Assembly (NCBI GenBank): GCA_965214935.1
Contig: CBDCCS010000022.1
Span: forward strand, 416,001 to 480,000
Direction: 5' to 3'
DNA length: 64,000 nt
From: Candidatus Velthaea sp.
Lineage (GTDB): Bacteria > Vulcanimicrobiota > Vulcanimicrobiia > Vulcanimicrobiales > Vulcanimicrobiaceae
In this document: positions 1-10,058 of the stretch, one piece after another
Position numbering within the stretch: the stretch's first letter is position 1
Layout: each line of letters opens with the position of its first letter
The notes under the pieces: model-generated
Told to the model about the DNA's origin: nothing
Databases searched by the model: none
What the model saw: the letters and a program-made list of their open reading frames with translations, nothing else
Program-made: the position numbers and the translations under genes

Positions 1-8
1 GACGCGCG

Positions 9-431
9 ATGCCGACCATCCCGTATGCTCTGCTCGCCGTCGCCGCAATCGCAGCGTTGTCGCTTGTCGCGTTCGGTCTGCGGCAAACAACCGATGCTCT
101 TGCCGTCCTGGCCGTCATTGTCGCCGTCGGATTGAGTGTCGGCTGTGCCGCAAGCTTGGCTGCATCGCCGACATATTTGCCGGGCGAAGATCTCGACGCA
201 GAAATGATCGTCGACCGGCGCTTGCGTTTCTTTCGCGCCGGGAGCGCCTTCATAACGGCGGTGGCGCCGCTGTTCGTTTTCGCTTCGTTTTCCGGCTACT
301 CGCTATCGACGGCACGCTTCGCCAGTTGGCTGCTGTGCGCAGCGGTGACCATCGTTATCATCGGTTGGTTTTTCGTTACGTGTAAGCGCTTGGAGTTAAG
401 TAGCACGGAACGCATTGCACTGAGCCGGTGA
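9..431 (+). CDS. Hypothetical membrane protein (about 4 TM segments)
   Basis: Four hydrophobic stretches; its stop overlaps the GTG start of the next gene (GTGA). Confidence 0.6.
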   Translation: MPTIPYALLAVAAIAALSLVAFGLRQTTDALAVLAVIVAVGLSVGCAASLAASPTYLPGEDLDAEMIVDRRLRFFRAGSAFITAVAPLFVFASFSGYSLSTARFASWLLCAAVTIVIIGWFFVTCKRLELSSTERIALSR

Positions 432-826
432 CGAACGCATATGTCGTTGTCGATCCGGCACTCCCGGTCGCGCCGAGTTTGCAAATTTACGAACAGATCG
501 TTGCAGCGATTCAAAGCGGCATGATTGCAACCGGTGCACTGCTGCCCCCGGTTCGCCAACTTGCGGGCGATCTCAATGTTGCGGCCAACACCGTAGCAAA
601 GGCGTACACGCTTTTACAAGACGCAGGCTGGGCGGCGGGCGACGGCCGGCGCGGAACGCGCGTCGCACACCGACTGCCGACCGCCGATAGTACGGTACGC
701 CGCGCCATTTTACACCAGACCGTTGCACGCTGCGTCGCGACGCTCGCGCATCGCGGTTACTCGCTGCACGAAATTGCCGACGAGCTCAGCCGTTACACGG
801 TCGGCGCGGAGTCATCGCATACGTAA
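428..826 (+). CDS. GntR family (YtrA-like) transcriptional regulator
   Basis: wHTH motif QIYEQI...LPPVRQLAGDLNVAANTVAKAY; short C-terminus typical of the YtrA subfamily. Confidence 0.85.
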   Translation: MTNAYVVVDPALPVAPSLQIYEQIVAAIQSGMIATGALLPPVRQLAGDLNVAANTVAKAYTLLQDAGWAAGDGRRGTRVAHRLPTADSTVRRAILHQTVARCVATLAHRGYSLHEIADELSRYTVGAESSHT

Positions 827-993
827 ACCGGTTAACTGCCGACGGCGACGATCTAAGTTCCTCGAAAGCTCGTGCACGAACTCCTCGTAGTTCATCGGCC
901 GCCGGTTACACTTACCCGTCGCCGGCTAGACGGCTCGGCGGTCGAACACGAAGACTCGCGCGAGCCTAATGCAACGCGGCCGGAACGCCGGCG

Positions 994-1956
994 CTACGCC
1001 AGTGCCGGCTCGAAGACGTTGCTTTCTTGCTCGGCAAACAGCGGACTCGACAGGTAGCGCTCCCCGGTATCGCAACCGATGACGACGATCGTTTTCCCCG
1101 CCGCTTCCGGACGCGCGGCGACTTGCAGTGCCGCCCAAACATTCGAGCCGGCCGAAATACCGACCAGAATGCCTTCTTCGCGAGCTAAGCGACGCGACGT
1201 TGCAATCGAGTCGTCGAACGACGCCTGTAGCACTTCGCTATAAACGCTCGTATCGAGGATCGACGGAATGAAGCCCGGCGCGAAACCTTGCAATTTGTGC
1301 GGACCCGCAGCGCCGCCCGATAGCAAGGTCGACGTATCGGGCTCGACGGTAATGATGGTGACGCCCGGTTTGCGCTCTCGGAGCACCTGGCCGACGCCCG
1401 TCACCGTGCCGCCCGTACCGACACCCGCGATGAAGTAGTCGACTTGGCCGTCGGTATCACGCCAGATTTCTTCGGCCGTCGTACGCCGGTGAATCTCCGG
1501 ATTCGCCGGGTTATCGAACTGTTGCGGCATGAAGTACTTGCCGGGGTCGGTATCGTGAATCTGCTTCGCGCGCGCGATCGCGCCTTTCATTCCCTCGGCT
1601 CCGGGCGTAAGCACGAGTTGCGCGCCATACGCTTTGAGCAGGTTGCGCCGCTCGATCGTCATCGTTTCGGGCATCGTGAGAATAAGCGGATAGCCTTTGG
1701 CGGCGGCAACGAACGCTAGCGCAATACCGGTATTGCCCGACGTCGGTTCAACGATGACGGTGTCGGGCCGCAGACGGCCGTCGCGTTCGGCCGCTTCGAT
1801 CATCGCGACACCGATGCGATCCTTGACGCTGCCGGCCGGGTTGAACGATTCGAGCTTCACCAAGATCCGGCCACCCAGGCCGGCGTTCATTCGCGGAATG
1901 CGCACGAGCGGCGTATTGCCGAACGTGTCGATAATCGAGTCATAAATTCGGGCCAC
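994..1956 (-). CDS. cysK: Cysteine synthase A
   Basis: PLP lysine motif [35 protein letters not shown]. Confidence 0.95.
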   Translation of the reverse strand: MARIYDSIIDTFGNTPLVRIPRMNAGLGGRILVKLESFNPAGSVKDRIGVAMIEAAERDGRLRPDTVIVEPTSGNTGIALAFVAAAKGYPLILTMPETMTIERRNLLKAYGAQLVLTPGAEGMKGAIARAKQIHDTDPGKYFMPQQFDNPANPEIHRRTTAEEIWRDTDGQVDYFIAGVGTGGTVTGVGQVLRERKPGVTIITVEPDTSTLLSGGAAGPHKLQGFAPGFIPSILDTSVYSEVLQASFDDSIATSRRLAREEGILVGISAGSNVWAALQVAARPEAAGKTIVVIGCDTGERYLSSPLFAEQESNVFEPALA

Positions 1957-2097
1957 GTTAATCTCCTAATTGAGCGGGATGTTCGGTGCGTATGGCGGAG
2001 CGTCGGCGTGGCATCGACATCGCTTCATGATAAAGTCAACCGTACCCATCTAGCGAAGGGTGCAGGCCGTCGATCTCGAACGCACGTTCGGCCCGCC

Positions 2098-3117
2098 ATG
2101 TTTACCCTCGCCGGAAAGTCGCTCTATGTCGCGGCGCTCGACCTGTGGCTCGATTCAATGCGTACCCGCTCGCGGTGTTACGTTTCGCACGGTCATAGCG
2201 ACCATGCCCGGATTCACGAAACGATCGTCACGACGCCGCACAACGCCGAAGTCTGTAAATTGCGGCTCGGCACCAAAGGCCGGCCGAAGCGTCAGCAAAC
2301 ACTTCTACCGCAGCCGGACGCCTTCGAGATCAGCTACGAAACCTACGATTACAACGAGTCGTGGCGCGAAGGCGATCATCGCCTGACCATGTTTTCCGCC
2401 GGACACGTGCTGGGCAGCGCGCAGCTCATGATCGAAGGCGCCGCGGGCAGCTTCGTCTATACCGGAGATTTCAAACTCGGACGGACATATACGTGCGAGC
2501 CGGCCGAAGTAAAGCGTTGCGACGTCGTGCTCATGGAGTGCACCTACGGACGTCCGCAATACGTCTTTCCGCCGCGCGACGAAGTCGAAGATGCCATGAT
2601 CGACTTTGCGCTCAAGGCACTCGAAGATGGTTGCGCGCCGGTGTTTTACGCCTATTCGTTAGGCAAGGCGCAAGAGGCGATGGCAATTTTAGGCAAAGCC
2701 GCCGTTCCGCTTACCGCCCATGGCGCGGTTCATTCGATGGCGCGGGTGTATGAGTCGTGCGGCGTAAAATTGCCGCCGTACGCGAAATACGATGCCGAAA
2801 CGTACGACGGACTCAGCGCGCTGATTTGGCCACCGAGCGGCAAATCGCTGCCGGTTGCGCTGCGCGGAAAACCCACGCGCAGCGCCGTGCTCACCGGCTG
2901 GGCCCTCAATCGCGGCGCGACGTATCAATACGGCTCCGATGCAGCGTTTGCGCTGAGCGACCACGCCGATTTTCCCGCACTGCTGCGCTACCTGGAATTA
3001 GCTCAGCCCAAAAAGGTGTTACTCAATCATGGCTGGCGGGATTTTGTCTGGCGGCTGCGACGCATGGGATTCGACGCAGAGTATCTCGAGGAGCACCAGC
3101 AGCTCGCCCTATTTTAA
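2098..3117 (+). CDS. Ligase-associated MBL-fold/beta-CASP exonuclease
   Basis: SHGHSDH, AGHVLGSAQ, YTGDFK, ECTYG, YSLGKAQ, LSDHADF; start placed at ATG 2098. Confidence 0.85.
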   Translation: MFTLAGKSLYVAALDLWLDSMRTRSRCYVSHGHSDHARIHETIVTTPHNAEVCKLRLGTKGRPKRQQTLLPQPDAFEISYETYDYNESWREGDHRLTMFSAGHVLGSAQLMIEGAAGSFVYTGDFKLGRTYTCEPAEVKRCDVVLMECTYGRPQYVFPPRDEVEDAMIDFALKALEDGCAPVFYAYSLGKAQEAMAILGKAAVPLTAHGAVHSMARVYESCGVKLPPYAKYDAETYDGLSALIWPPSGKSLPVALRGKPTRSAVLTGWALNRGATYQYGSDAAFALSDHADFPALLRYLELAQPKKVLLNHGWRDFVWRLRRMGFDAEYLEEHQQLALF

Positions 3118-3122
3118 TGTCG

Positions 3123-3401
3123 TCAATCGGTGCCGATATCCCAAACGAGGCCTAAATCACGCTTGGCAAAAGCGCGAAACGCGATAAGCGTTTCGGTGCT
3201 CAGCACGCCTTCGCGCGAGCCGATCATGTCGGTCACTAAATCGCTGAGCTCTTCGTGCGCGCGCACGCGTGCGATCGCAACTAGATCGTACGGTCCGGCG
3301 ACGCTATACACTTCGGTGACACCGTCGATTGCAAGGAGTGACTCGGCCAGACGTTTTACCTCGCCCGGCGCGACCGTCATGAGGACCAGCGCGGTTATCA
3401 C
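3123..3401 (-). CDS. Stand-alone Lrp/AsnC ligand-binding domain protein
   Basis: GVTEVYSVAGPYDLVAIARV...GVLSTETLIAF; GTG start at 3401. Confidence 0.8.
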   Translation of the reverse strand: MITALVLMTVAPGEVKRLAESLLAIDGVTEVYSVAGPYDLVAIARVRAHEELSDLVTDMIGSREGVLSTETLIAFRAFAKRDLGLVWDIGTD

Positions 3402-3455
3402 ACCGCGGGCTACCGTCCCCGGCAGGCGAGTACCTGTGCGGCTCGCGCGTAGCCG

Positions 3456-5132
3456 GTGATCGCCTTCGCGCAAACCTGCGCAAGCATCGCCCGGACGTCC
3501 GGCAAGCTCGACAAGATCGCGCTGGTCGCGGGTTATCTCGCCGGCCTCGGCGATGCCGATCTCGCCGCAGCGGCACGCTATTTTAGCGGTAATCCGTTCG
3601 CTCAACGGGAGGAGCGGACACTGGCAATCGGTGGCCGGACGCTCGTTTGTGCGGCCAAAGCCGTCTGGGGAATCGATGATGCGGCACTAGCGGCCGGCTA
3701 CGCCGCGACCGGCGATCTCGGCGCGGCGCTCGGACCGCTGCTGCGCCCCGCTGCCGATTTGGGACTGTTTCGTGAGCCGCTGACACCGGCTTCGCTCAAA
3801 ACGGTTCTCGATGAAATTGCCGACGCGTCGGGAAAGAACGCCGGACGCAAACGCCAGTTTCTTGCCGAGCGCATCTTGGGTGCTTGCACCGATGCAATCG
3901 AAGCAACGTATGTAACGAAGATCATGACCGGCGATCTGCGCATCGGACTGCGCGAGGGTCTCGTCGTCGATGCAATCGCAGCAGCGTTCGGCCGCGATCT
4001 CATGAGGGTGCGCCGTGCAGCAAGCGCCGCTGGCGATGTCGGCGAAGTCGCCGTCGCAGCCAAGCACGACACGCTCGACGCCGTATCGCTTACCTATCAC
4101 TCACCGTTGAGTTTCATGCTGGCGTCGCCGATTGCATTCGGCTCGGAATATAAAGACCTTCGTTCGGGCACGTGGCTCGTCGAGGATAAATACGACGGCG
4201 TGCGCATTCAGGCACACGTTACGCCCGAGCGCATTGCGCTTTTCTCGCGCACGCTCAACGACGTCGCGCCGGCGTTTCCGGAGATCACGGCGGCCCTGCG
4301 GCATGTGAGCGGGAGTTGCATCATCGACGGTGAGATCGTCGCACAACGGGACGGCCGGATTTTGCCGTTTCGGTATTTGCAAGCACGTTTGCAGCGCAAA
4401 TCGGTGGCGGCCGAATTGCTCGAAGACGTCCCGGTGAGCTTCATTGTTTTCGACGTGTTGGCGCGCGGCGACGAAGTGTTGCTCGATCGTGAACTCGTCG
4501 AGCGGCGCGGACTGCTCGCGGAACTGGCCGCCGACCTGCACGAACCGGTCAGCGCCGCACCCTGGACGGCGCTGCAAAGCGGAACGCTGCCCGACCTCGT
4601 TAACGTGCGCTTCGAGACGGCGCGCAACGCCGGTAACGAAGGCTTGATTTTCAAGCGGACCGATTCGCCGTACGCCGCCGGGCGGCGCGGCAAGTGGTGG
4701 CTCAAACTCAAACGCGAATTGTCAACGCTCGATGTGGTGGTCGTCGCCGTCGAATGGGGTCACGGTAAACGCGCGCGTGTTTTGTCCGATTACACGTTCG
4801 CCGTTCGCGGACCCGGCGGCGTGTTGCGCACGATCGGCAAAGCTTACTCGGGATTGACCGACGCGGAAATTGCCGAGCTGACGCCACGGTTTCTCGAGCA
4901 TCAGACCGGTCGAGCCGGTCATGCGCTCAAAGTCGAACCGCAGGTCGTCTTAGAAATTGCGTTCGACATCATTGCGCCGAGCACATTACATGCATCCGGG
5001 TTCGCCTTGCGGTTCCCGCGCATCGTTCGTTTGCGTCCGGATAAGCTTCCAGCCGAGATCGATACGCTCGAGCGCGTCAATGAAATCTACCGCGAGATGC
5101 TGGCCCGCGAAGGCGTTGGAGATGCGACCTGA
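3456..5132 (+). CDS. ATP-dependent DNA ligase
   Basis: EDKYDGVR adenylation motif, DGEIV, FDVL, EGLIFK, WLKLK, LRFPRI. Confidence 0.93.
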   Translation: MIAFAQTCASIARTSGKLDKIALVAGYLAGLGDADLAAAARYFSGNPFAQREERTLAIGGRTLVCAAKAVWGIDDAALAAGYAATGDLGAALGPLLRPAADLGLFREPLTPASLKTVLDEIADASGKNAGRKRQFLAERILGACTDAIEATYVTKIMTGDLRIGLREGLVVDAIAAAFGRDLMRVRRAASAAGDVGEVAVAAKHDTLDAVSLTYHSPLSFMLASPIAFGSEYKDLRSGTWLVEDKYDGVRIQAHVTPERIALFSRTLNDVAPAFPEITAALRHVSGSCIIDGEIVAQRDGRILPFRYLQARLQRKSVAAELLEDVPVSFIVFDVLARGDEVLLDRELVERRGLLAELAADLHEPVSAAPWTALQSGTLPDLVNVRFETARNAGNEGLIFKRTDSPYAAGRRGKWWLKLKRELSTLDVVVVAVEWGHGKRARVLSDYTFAVRGPGGVLRTIGKAYSGLTDAEIAELTPRFLEHQTGRAGHALKVEPQVVLEIAFDIIAPSTLHASGFALRFPRIVRLRPDKLPAEIDTLERVNEIYREMLAREGVGDAT

Positions 5133-5141
5133 GCCGGGCGC

Positions 5142-5399
5142 TTAGCGGCGCCGAAGGCGGTTGGCGCGAGCGGTACGAATCCGGTCGATACGCGCTTGCG
5201 TCGCATCGACGCTGGGCGATCGGCCGACAGCGGAATGACCGCGTACCCGCCACACCAGCAGCAACACCATAATGCCGATTGCGCCGCCGGCGCAAAGAAT
5301 CCGAACGCGCGCACCCCACGGCAGCAAGGCGCCCGAAACAAGAAACGACGCACAAATGACGAGAACGTTTTGCGCCCGGCGCATCGGTGCGGGCACCAT
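5142..5399 (-). CDS. Small hypothetical membrane protein
   Basis: Two hydrophobic segments; fills the gap without major overlap. Confidence 0.4.
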   Translation of the reverse strand: MVPAPMRRAQNVLVICASFLVSGALLPWGARVRILCAGGAIGIMVLLLVWRVRGHSAVGRSPSVDATQARIDRIRTARANRLRRR

Positions 5400-5410
5400 C
5401 TGTGCGGTTT

Positions 5411-5779
5411 TTAGTCGTCGTCGGTTTCGTGCAGATGCAGGTGGCAGCCGTCTTCGGCGTCGTCGAGCACTTCGCGCGCTTCGGCAAGCACGCTAGCCGG
5501 TAATGTGACCGTGCGGTCGACCGAACCGCGCTCGGCTAAAAACTCCGCCTCGTCCCAATCTTCCCATGTCTCGAGCGGCTCGCCGTCGACTTCGGCCGGA
5601 AAACGCACGCAATACCCTTGCTCGATATGCAACCCGACGACGAACACTGCGGTACCGCGCGGAAAATACGTCCCGTCTTTCCATAATGTTCCATACGTGG
5701 TCTCGTAATGCTGTCCGATTTTTATCGCTTCGATGGCTCCGTCTCTCCGAATCGGAAGTCGTGCGGAATCGCGCATCAT
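5411..5779 (-). CDS. Hypothetical protein with acidic C-terminus
   Basis: Protein-like composition; non-overlapping. Confidence 0.5.
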   Translation of the reverse strand: MMRDSARLPIRRDGAIEAIKIGQHYETTYGTLWKDGTYFPRGTAVFVVGLHIEQGYCVRFPAEVDGEPLETWEDWDEAEFLAERGSVDRTVTLPASVLAEAREVLDDAEDGCHLHLHETDDD

Positions 5780-5810
5780 TCAGCGCTTTGCCGTCGTATT
5801 CCCATCGGCA

Positions 5811-6371
5811 ATGAATCAACATGCCGGCAAGTGGCGCGTCTTATCGTCGTCGTACCCGATCAGCACACCGTTTCTGCGCTTACGCAGCGATGTGATCGAG
5901 CTTCCCGGCGGCGAAATCATTCGTGACTATTACGTGCGCGAATCGAACGGCTTCGCCGTCATGTTCGCGCTTACGTCCGACGATCGCGTTGTTTTAGTGC
6001 GCCAATATAAGCATGGCGCCGGCATCAGCGTATTGGAATTACCGGCCGGTGCAATCGATGCGGGCGAAACCGCCGCCGCCTGCGCTCGACGCGAACTCGC
6101 CGAAGAGACCGGTCATATCGGCGACGAGCCGGAACGCATCGGCTCGTATCTCGCCGACCCGACGAATTCGGACGCGTCGTTTCATCTGTACTTGATCCGT
6201 AACGCCGAACTGCGCGTTGCGCAAAAGCTCGATCGAACCGAAGACATCAGCGTCGAATATGCCACGCCGCTCGAGTTGCGCGCGATGGTTCGTGACGGAC
6301 GCATCAACACCGGTTCGCAAGTCGCTTGCGTGTATGTTGCGCTCGAGCATCTCGGTCTGCTTGGGCGCTAA
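5811..6371 (+). CDS. NUDIX hydrolase (ADP-ribose pyrophosphatase-like)
   Basis: VRQYK...LELPAGAIDAGETAAACARRELAEETG Nudix box. Confidence 0.9.
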   Translation: MNQHAGKWRVLSSSYPISTPFLRLRSDVIELPGGEIIRDYYVRESNGFAVMFALTSDDRVVLVRQYKHGAGISVLELPAGAIDAGETAAACARRELAEETGHIGDEPERIGSYLADPTNSDASFHLYLIRNAELRVAQKLDRTEDISVEYATPLELRAMVRDGRINTGSQVACVYVALEHLGLLGR

Positions 6372-7132
6372 CCCGGGCCTAAACGGCGCCGGATAAAGCC
6401 CCGCGCCGGCCGCGCGACCGGCGCGCGTAATGCGCCGCGCAGCGCCGACAGCGTTCCGAACGGAAACACTAAGTCGCTCGTCGCCGCAACAACGTGCAAG
6501 TCACTGCGGCGGACGTTCCAAGGCGCGAGGGCGGCTATGCAATCGTCGGATAAAACGTCGAGACCGGTCGAATAGGGTGTGAGCGCCGGCACGACCACGA
6601 TCCGTTCGGCGGCGATAAACGCCGGCGTCGAAGCTCCGCCGCCCAAATGCAAACTCGGATGCAAGTGACCGATCACCGTTCGCGCGCGCACCGGCGGCGG
6701 CTTATCGCCGTGCATGAGCAGCCAGCCGTCGCGTTCGCACTGCTCGACGGTCGTGCCGAGAATTGCCGCGCCGCGCGAACGCCCTTCATGATTGCCTGCA
6801 ATAAACGTCAGCGCCGCCGTCGTCCGCAATGCTGCAAGCGCTGCGCGCACCGCGCGCCCCGCACCCTCGCTCATACCGGCGCCATGAATGACGTCGCCCA
6901 GGAAAACGATCTCGGTTGCGGCCCGGCGTTGCGCGGCGATCGAGATCGTCGTCGCCATTTCGATCGTACTCCAAAGCGGCAGAGCCGCACCGCCGCCCAT
7001 AACGTCTTCGTAACCGAAATGGGCATCGGCGACGAGCAGCACGCGCGACCCGGTCAAAAAAGCAAAGCCGCCGGGCAAGGCGATGATGCCGTTTGCAAGC
7101 GGATGCTCGGCGCGCGCGGGCTGCGGTTTCAC
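6368..7132 (-). CDS. Lhr-associated metallophosphoesterase (MPE/PdeM-like)
   Basis: ADAHFG, LGDVIH, GNHE, MHGD, GHLHP; overlaps the stop of the Lhr gene. Confidence 0.85.
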   Translation of the reverse strand: MKPQPARAEHPLANGIIALPGGFAFLTGSRVLLVADAHFGYEDVMGGGAALPLWSTIEMATTISIAAQRRAATEIVFLGDVIHGAGMSEGAGRAVRAALAALRTTAALTFIAGNHEGRSRGAAILGTTVEQCERDGWLLMHGDKPPPVRARTVIGHLHPSLHLGGGASTPAFIAAERIVVVPALTPYSTGLDVLSDDCIAALAPWNVRRSDLHVVAATSDLVFPFGTLSALRGALRAPVARPARGFIRRRLGPG

Positions 7133-9924
7133 GGACGTACAATGCCCGCGAGCACCGGCTGACCGCGTTCATCGAGCGCGACGAGCGGATCGCGCACGAC
7201 CGCCTGCCGCCAGGCGACAAGTTTTCCGGGTAGCGGCGCGTCGTCGTCCGCCGAGGCGTTGGCGGTTTGCGCGAGCAGGTCGAGTTCATCTTGCGGCGTT
7301 TCGCCCAGCACGGCCAATACGCGCTCGTGCAGTGCTTCGACCATGCTCGCGCGATCGTCCAGCACGACCGAATCGCCGAAACTCGACGTGACGATGCCGA
7401 AGGTAAACGGCGTCGCGGCAGCCGGATGCAGCACCCGCGGTTCGGCGCTAATGCCTTGCAAATAGTGCAGCGCCGACGGCGCATCGAGCAATTCACGGGT
7501 GACGACCCGGATCGTTTCGCGAATTAATGGAAAGTCAGGATCCGCTTCAAACAAACGGTCGAAGATTTTCTGAGAATTCCAATTGAGCGCACCGCGCCGT
7601 ATCGTTTGTCCACCCGCCCGGCGCAACACGAGTAAACCGGTATTGGCGACGTAGCGGAAATGTTGGCGCAGCAGATACGAACTGCGCAAACCGGCCAGCA
7701 AATCAGCGTCGAAGTCGTCGACGCCCAGCAGCGCGGCCCAGCCCGCATCCGGGATCGTCTTGCGCGCCGGCAACGCGATGAGAAAGCCGTTATCATCGTT
7801 GGTGATCTGCGTCGTGCAGCGGTATTTGCGCGAGATACGCGCGCCGACGATGCGCGACAGCGTCTCGTTGACGCGCCGGCCCGCACAGGTGTGAAAGACG
7901 GCGGATTGACGGGCATCCATCCGATAAACTTCGATGACCGGGCGCCGGTCGTCGGGCAAATCCGACAACGCCAACTGCTGCGCGATATAGCGCACCACGT
8001 GCGCTGCTTCGACGCCTTCGAGTGCGTAGCGTTTACGCAGGTAATGCAGCGCCGGTTGCGGGCCGCCGCCGGCGAGCGCGTCGGCGACCCCACGGCGCAG
8101 GACACCGATTTCGCGCGCCAATGCCAACGGCACGCCTTTCATGTGCGACGACCATTGCGGCACGTTCGGCCGGCCCGTGTACGGCTCCACTTGTAGACCG
8201 CCGCCGGACGCTTCTTTGACGCGCAACGTCCGGCCGTCCAACAAAAAGACATCGCCTTCTTTGAGCCGGGCGGCGAACGATTCATCGAGTCGCCCGATCT
8301 TCGAGCCGCCTTTGCCGACAACGCCGACAGTGCGCTCGTCCGGGATGGTTCCGACGTTCTCGAAAAATGCAGCCGAGGGTTCGCGCCCCAAACCATACAT
8401 TGCATCTTCGTCCGCACCGATCCGTCGTACGTGCGCTTCATCCGGCCCGGCACCGCCGCCCGACAGATAATCAACGCAGCTGCGCAAATCCGCTTCGCTT
8501 AAATCGCGATACGGATACGCGCGTCGCGCAATCGTCAAAGCGTCGGCGATCGGTAGCCGCCGGTCGTAGGTAACGCTGCCGACCAGCCATTGGGCGAGCA
8601 CGTCGAGCGGCGCTTCGGGTACCATCAATTCTTCAATTGCGCCGTCGGCGATGCAGCGCCGCGTCGCCGCTGCTTCGACGATGTCGTCGCGATCTTGCGC
8701 GATGACGACGCCGGTCGCGATCGCGCCGGGCCGATGGCCTGCCCGTCCGACCCGTTGCAGCGTCGAGGTCATGCTGCGCGCACCGCCCAGGATCACGACC
8801 CGGTCGATGAAACCGATGTCGACGCCGAGCTCGAGCGAGGTCGAGCACACCACGGTTCGCAGCGTGCCGTCGCGCAATTGCGCCTCGACGCGATGGCGAA
8901 CGTTCTTCTCGAGCGACGAATGATGGACGCCGATGCGCCGGTCGCGGGCGGGTTTCGCCACCGCCGGTTCGAGCACGTCGACTTCATCGGCCGGTTCCCC
9001 GGCGGCTTCCATCTCGTGCGCTACGCGCTCGGCTTGACTGCGCACGTTGGTAAAAACAAGCGTCGTACGCACATCTTGCGTCAGCGCATAGGCCGTTCGG
9101 GAAGCGGTCGCGAGCGGCGCCATCGCGCCGGCGAACGGTGCGACGATATCGAGTTTGATCGAGCGTAGACCGCGGCAATCAACGAGTGCACACTCGCGGC
9201 CGATACCGCCGACATACGCAGCGACGCGCTCGAGCGGAGATACGGTCGCGGATAAACCGACCCGGCGCAGCGGTTGCGGGACGATCGCTTCGAGCGACTC
9301 GAGCAGTAAAGATAGTTGCGAACCGCGTTTGTTGCCGGCCAGCGCATGAACTTCATCGATGATGACGGTTTCGACCGCCGTCAGCGTTTTGCGATACGAT
9401 TCCATCGCCAGCATTAGTGCGAGCGACTCCGGCGTCGTGATGAGAACGTGCGGCGGACGCGTCATCATGAGCCGGCGTTCTTCCACCGGCGTGTCGCCCG
9501 TCCGAACGCCGGTGCGAATGAAGTGTTCGCGAATCCGGCCGCGGCGTTTCTGCGCGCGCTCGCTATTCGGGCGTTCGAGAATGCCCATTTCGCGTAACGG
9601 ACGGCGCAAGTTATGTTCGACGTCGTAACCCAGTGCACGTAAGGGCGAAATGTAGATGCAAAACGGCCGCGGAAACAGTTCGTCCGCGTCGCGTTTCTCC
9701 GCTAGCCGCGACATCACGGGAAGAAACGCAGCAAGCGTTTTGCCCGTGCCGGTCGGCGAGCAAATGAGCATGCTGCGACCGCTGAGCGCAAGCGGAATCG
9801 CTCCGGCTTGCGGCGGCGTCGGCAGTCTAAGTTTTTCGTCACACCACGCCGCGACGGTCGGGTGAAGCGCCTCGAACACGGCATCCACGGGTAGTCGCGC
9901 TTCGTGTGCCCGCAACCCGGGCAC
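7129..9924 (-). CDS. lhr: Lhr-core family SF2 helicase
   Basis: SPTGTGKT, YISPLRAL, TTPESL, DEVH, GLSAT, HHSSL, STSLELGVDIG, QRVGRAGH. Confidence 0.9.
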   Translation of the reverse strand: MPGLRAHEARLPVDAVFEALHPTVAAWCDEKLRLPTPPQAGAIPLALSGRSMLICSPTGTGKTLAAFLPVMSRLAEKRDADELFPRPFCIYISPLRALGYDVEHNLRRPLREMGILERPNSERAQKRRGRIREHFIRTGVRTGDTPVEERRLMMTRPPHVLITTPESLALMLAMESYRKTLTAVETVIIDEVHALAGNKRGSQLSLLLESLEAIVPQPLRRVGLSATVSPLERVAAYVGGIGRECALVDCRGLRSIKLDIVAPFAGAMAPLATASRTAYALTQDVRTTLVFTNVRSQAERVAHEMEAAGEPADEVDVLEPAVAKPARDRRIGVHHSSLEKNVRHRVEAQLRDGTLRTVVCSTSLELGVDIGFIDRVVILGGARSMTSTLQRVGRAGHRPGAIATGVVIAQDRDDIVEAAATRRCIADGAIEELMVPEAPLDVLAQWLVGSVTYDRRLPIADALTIARRAYPYRDLSEADLRSCVDYLSGGGAGPDEAHVRRIGADEDAMYGLGREPSAAFFENVGTIPDERTVGVVGKGGSKIGRLDESFAARLKEGDVFLLDGRTLRVKEASGGGLQVEPYTGRPNVPQWSSHMKGVPLALAREIGVLRRGVADALAGGGPQPALHYLRKRYALEGVEAAHVVRYIAQQLALSDLPDDRRPVIEVYRMDARQSAVFHTCAGRRVNETLSRIVGARISRKYRCTTQITNDDNGFLIALPARKTIPDAGWAALLGVDDFDADLLAGLRSSYLLRQHFRYVANTGLLVLRRAGGQTIRRGALNWNSQKIFDRLFEADPDFPLIRETIRVVTRELLDAPSALHYLQGISAEPRVLHPAAATPFTFGIVTSSFGDSVVLDDRASMVEALHERVLAVLGETPQDELDLLAQTANASADDDAPLPGKLVAWRQAVVRDPLVALDERGQPVLAGIVRP

Positions 9925-10014
9925 CTCCTATTTGCGAACGTACGTTCGGACGTCGCGTTGCTCGCCTGCTTACCGATTCCGATAGCCTCGCCGGCACGAA
10001 CGGGGGCCATTGCA

Positions 10015-10030
10015 TTTTTCCATGGAAAAA
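10015..10030. promoter_or_regulatory. Perfect 16-bp AT-rich palindrome TTTTTCCATGGAAAAA between divergent lhr and the Crp/Fnr gene; candidate operator
   Basis: Directly visible; ends 28 nt before ATG 10059. Confidence 0.4.
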
Positions 10031-10058
10031 AAGTTGCGTGTCCGCCACATTAGCTGCC

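Noticed and set aside
812..895. 27-aa minus-strand ORF MNYEEFVHELSRNLDRRRRQLTGLRMR
   Set aside because: Too short, no RBS, overlaps the GntR stop and has no recognisable motif.
9906..10058. Longer N-terminus for the Crp/Fnr ORF, and similar extensions at 2008, 11789, 46632, 52268, 52846 and 61981
   Set aside because: Most overlap neighbouring genes; downstream starts fit domain boundaries and translational coupling better.
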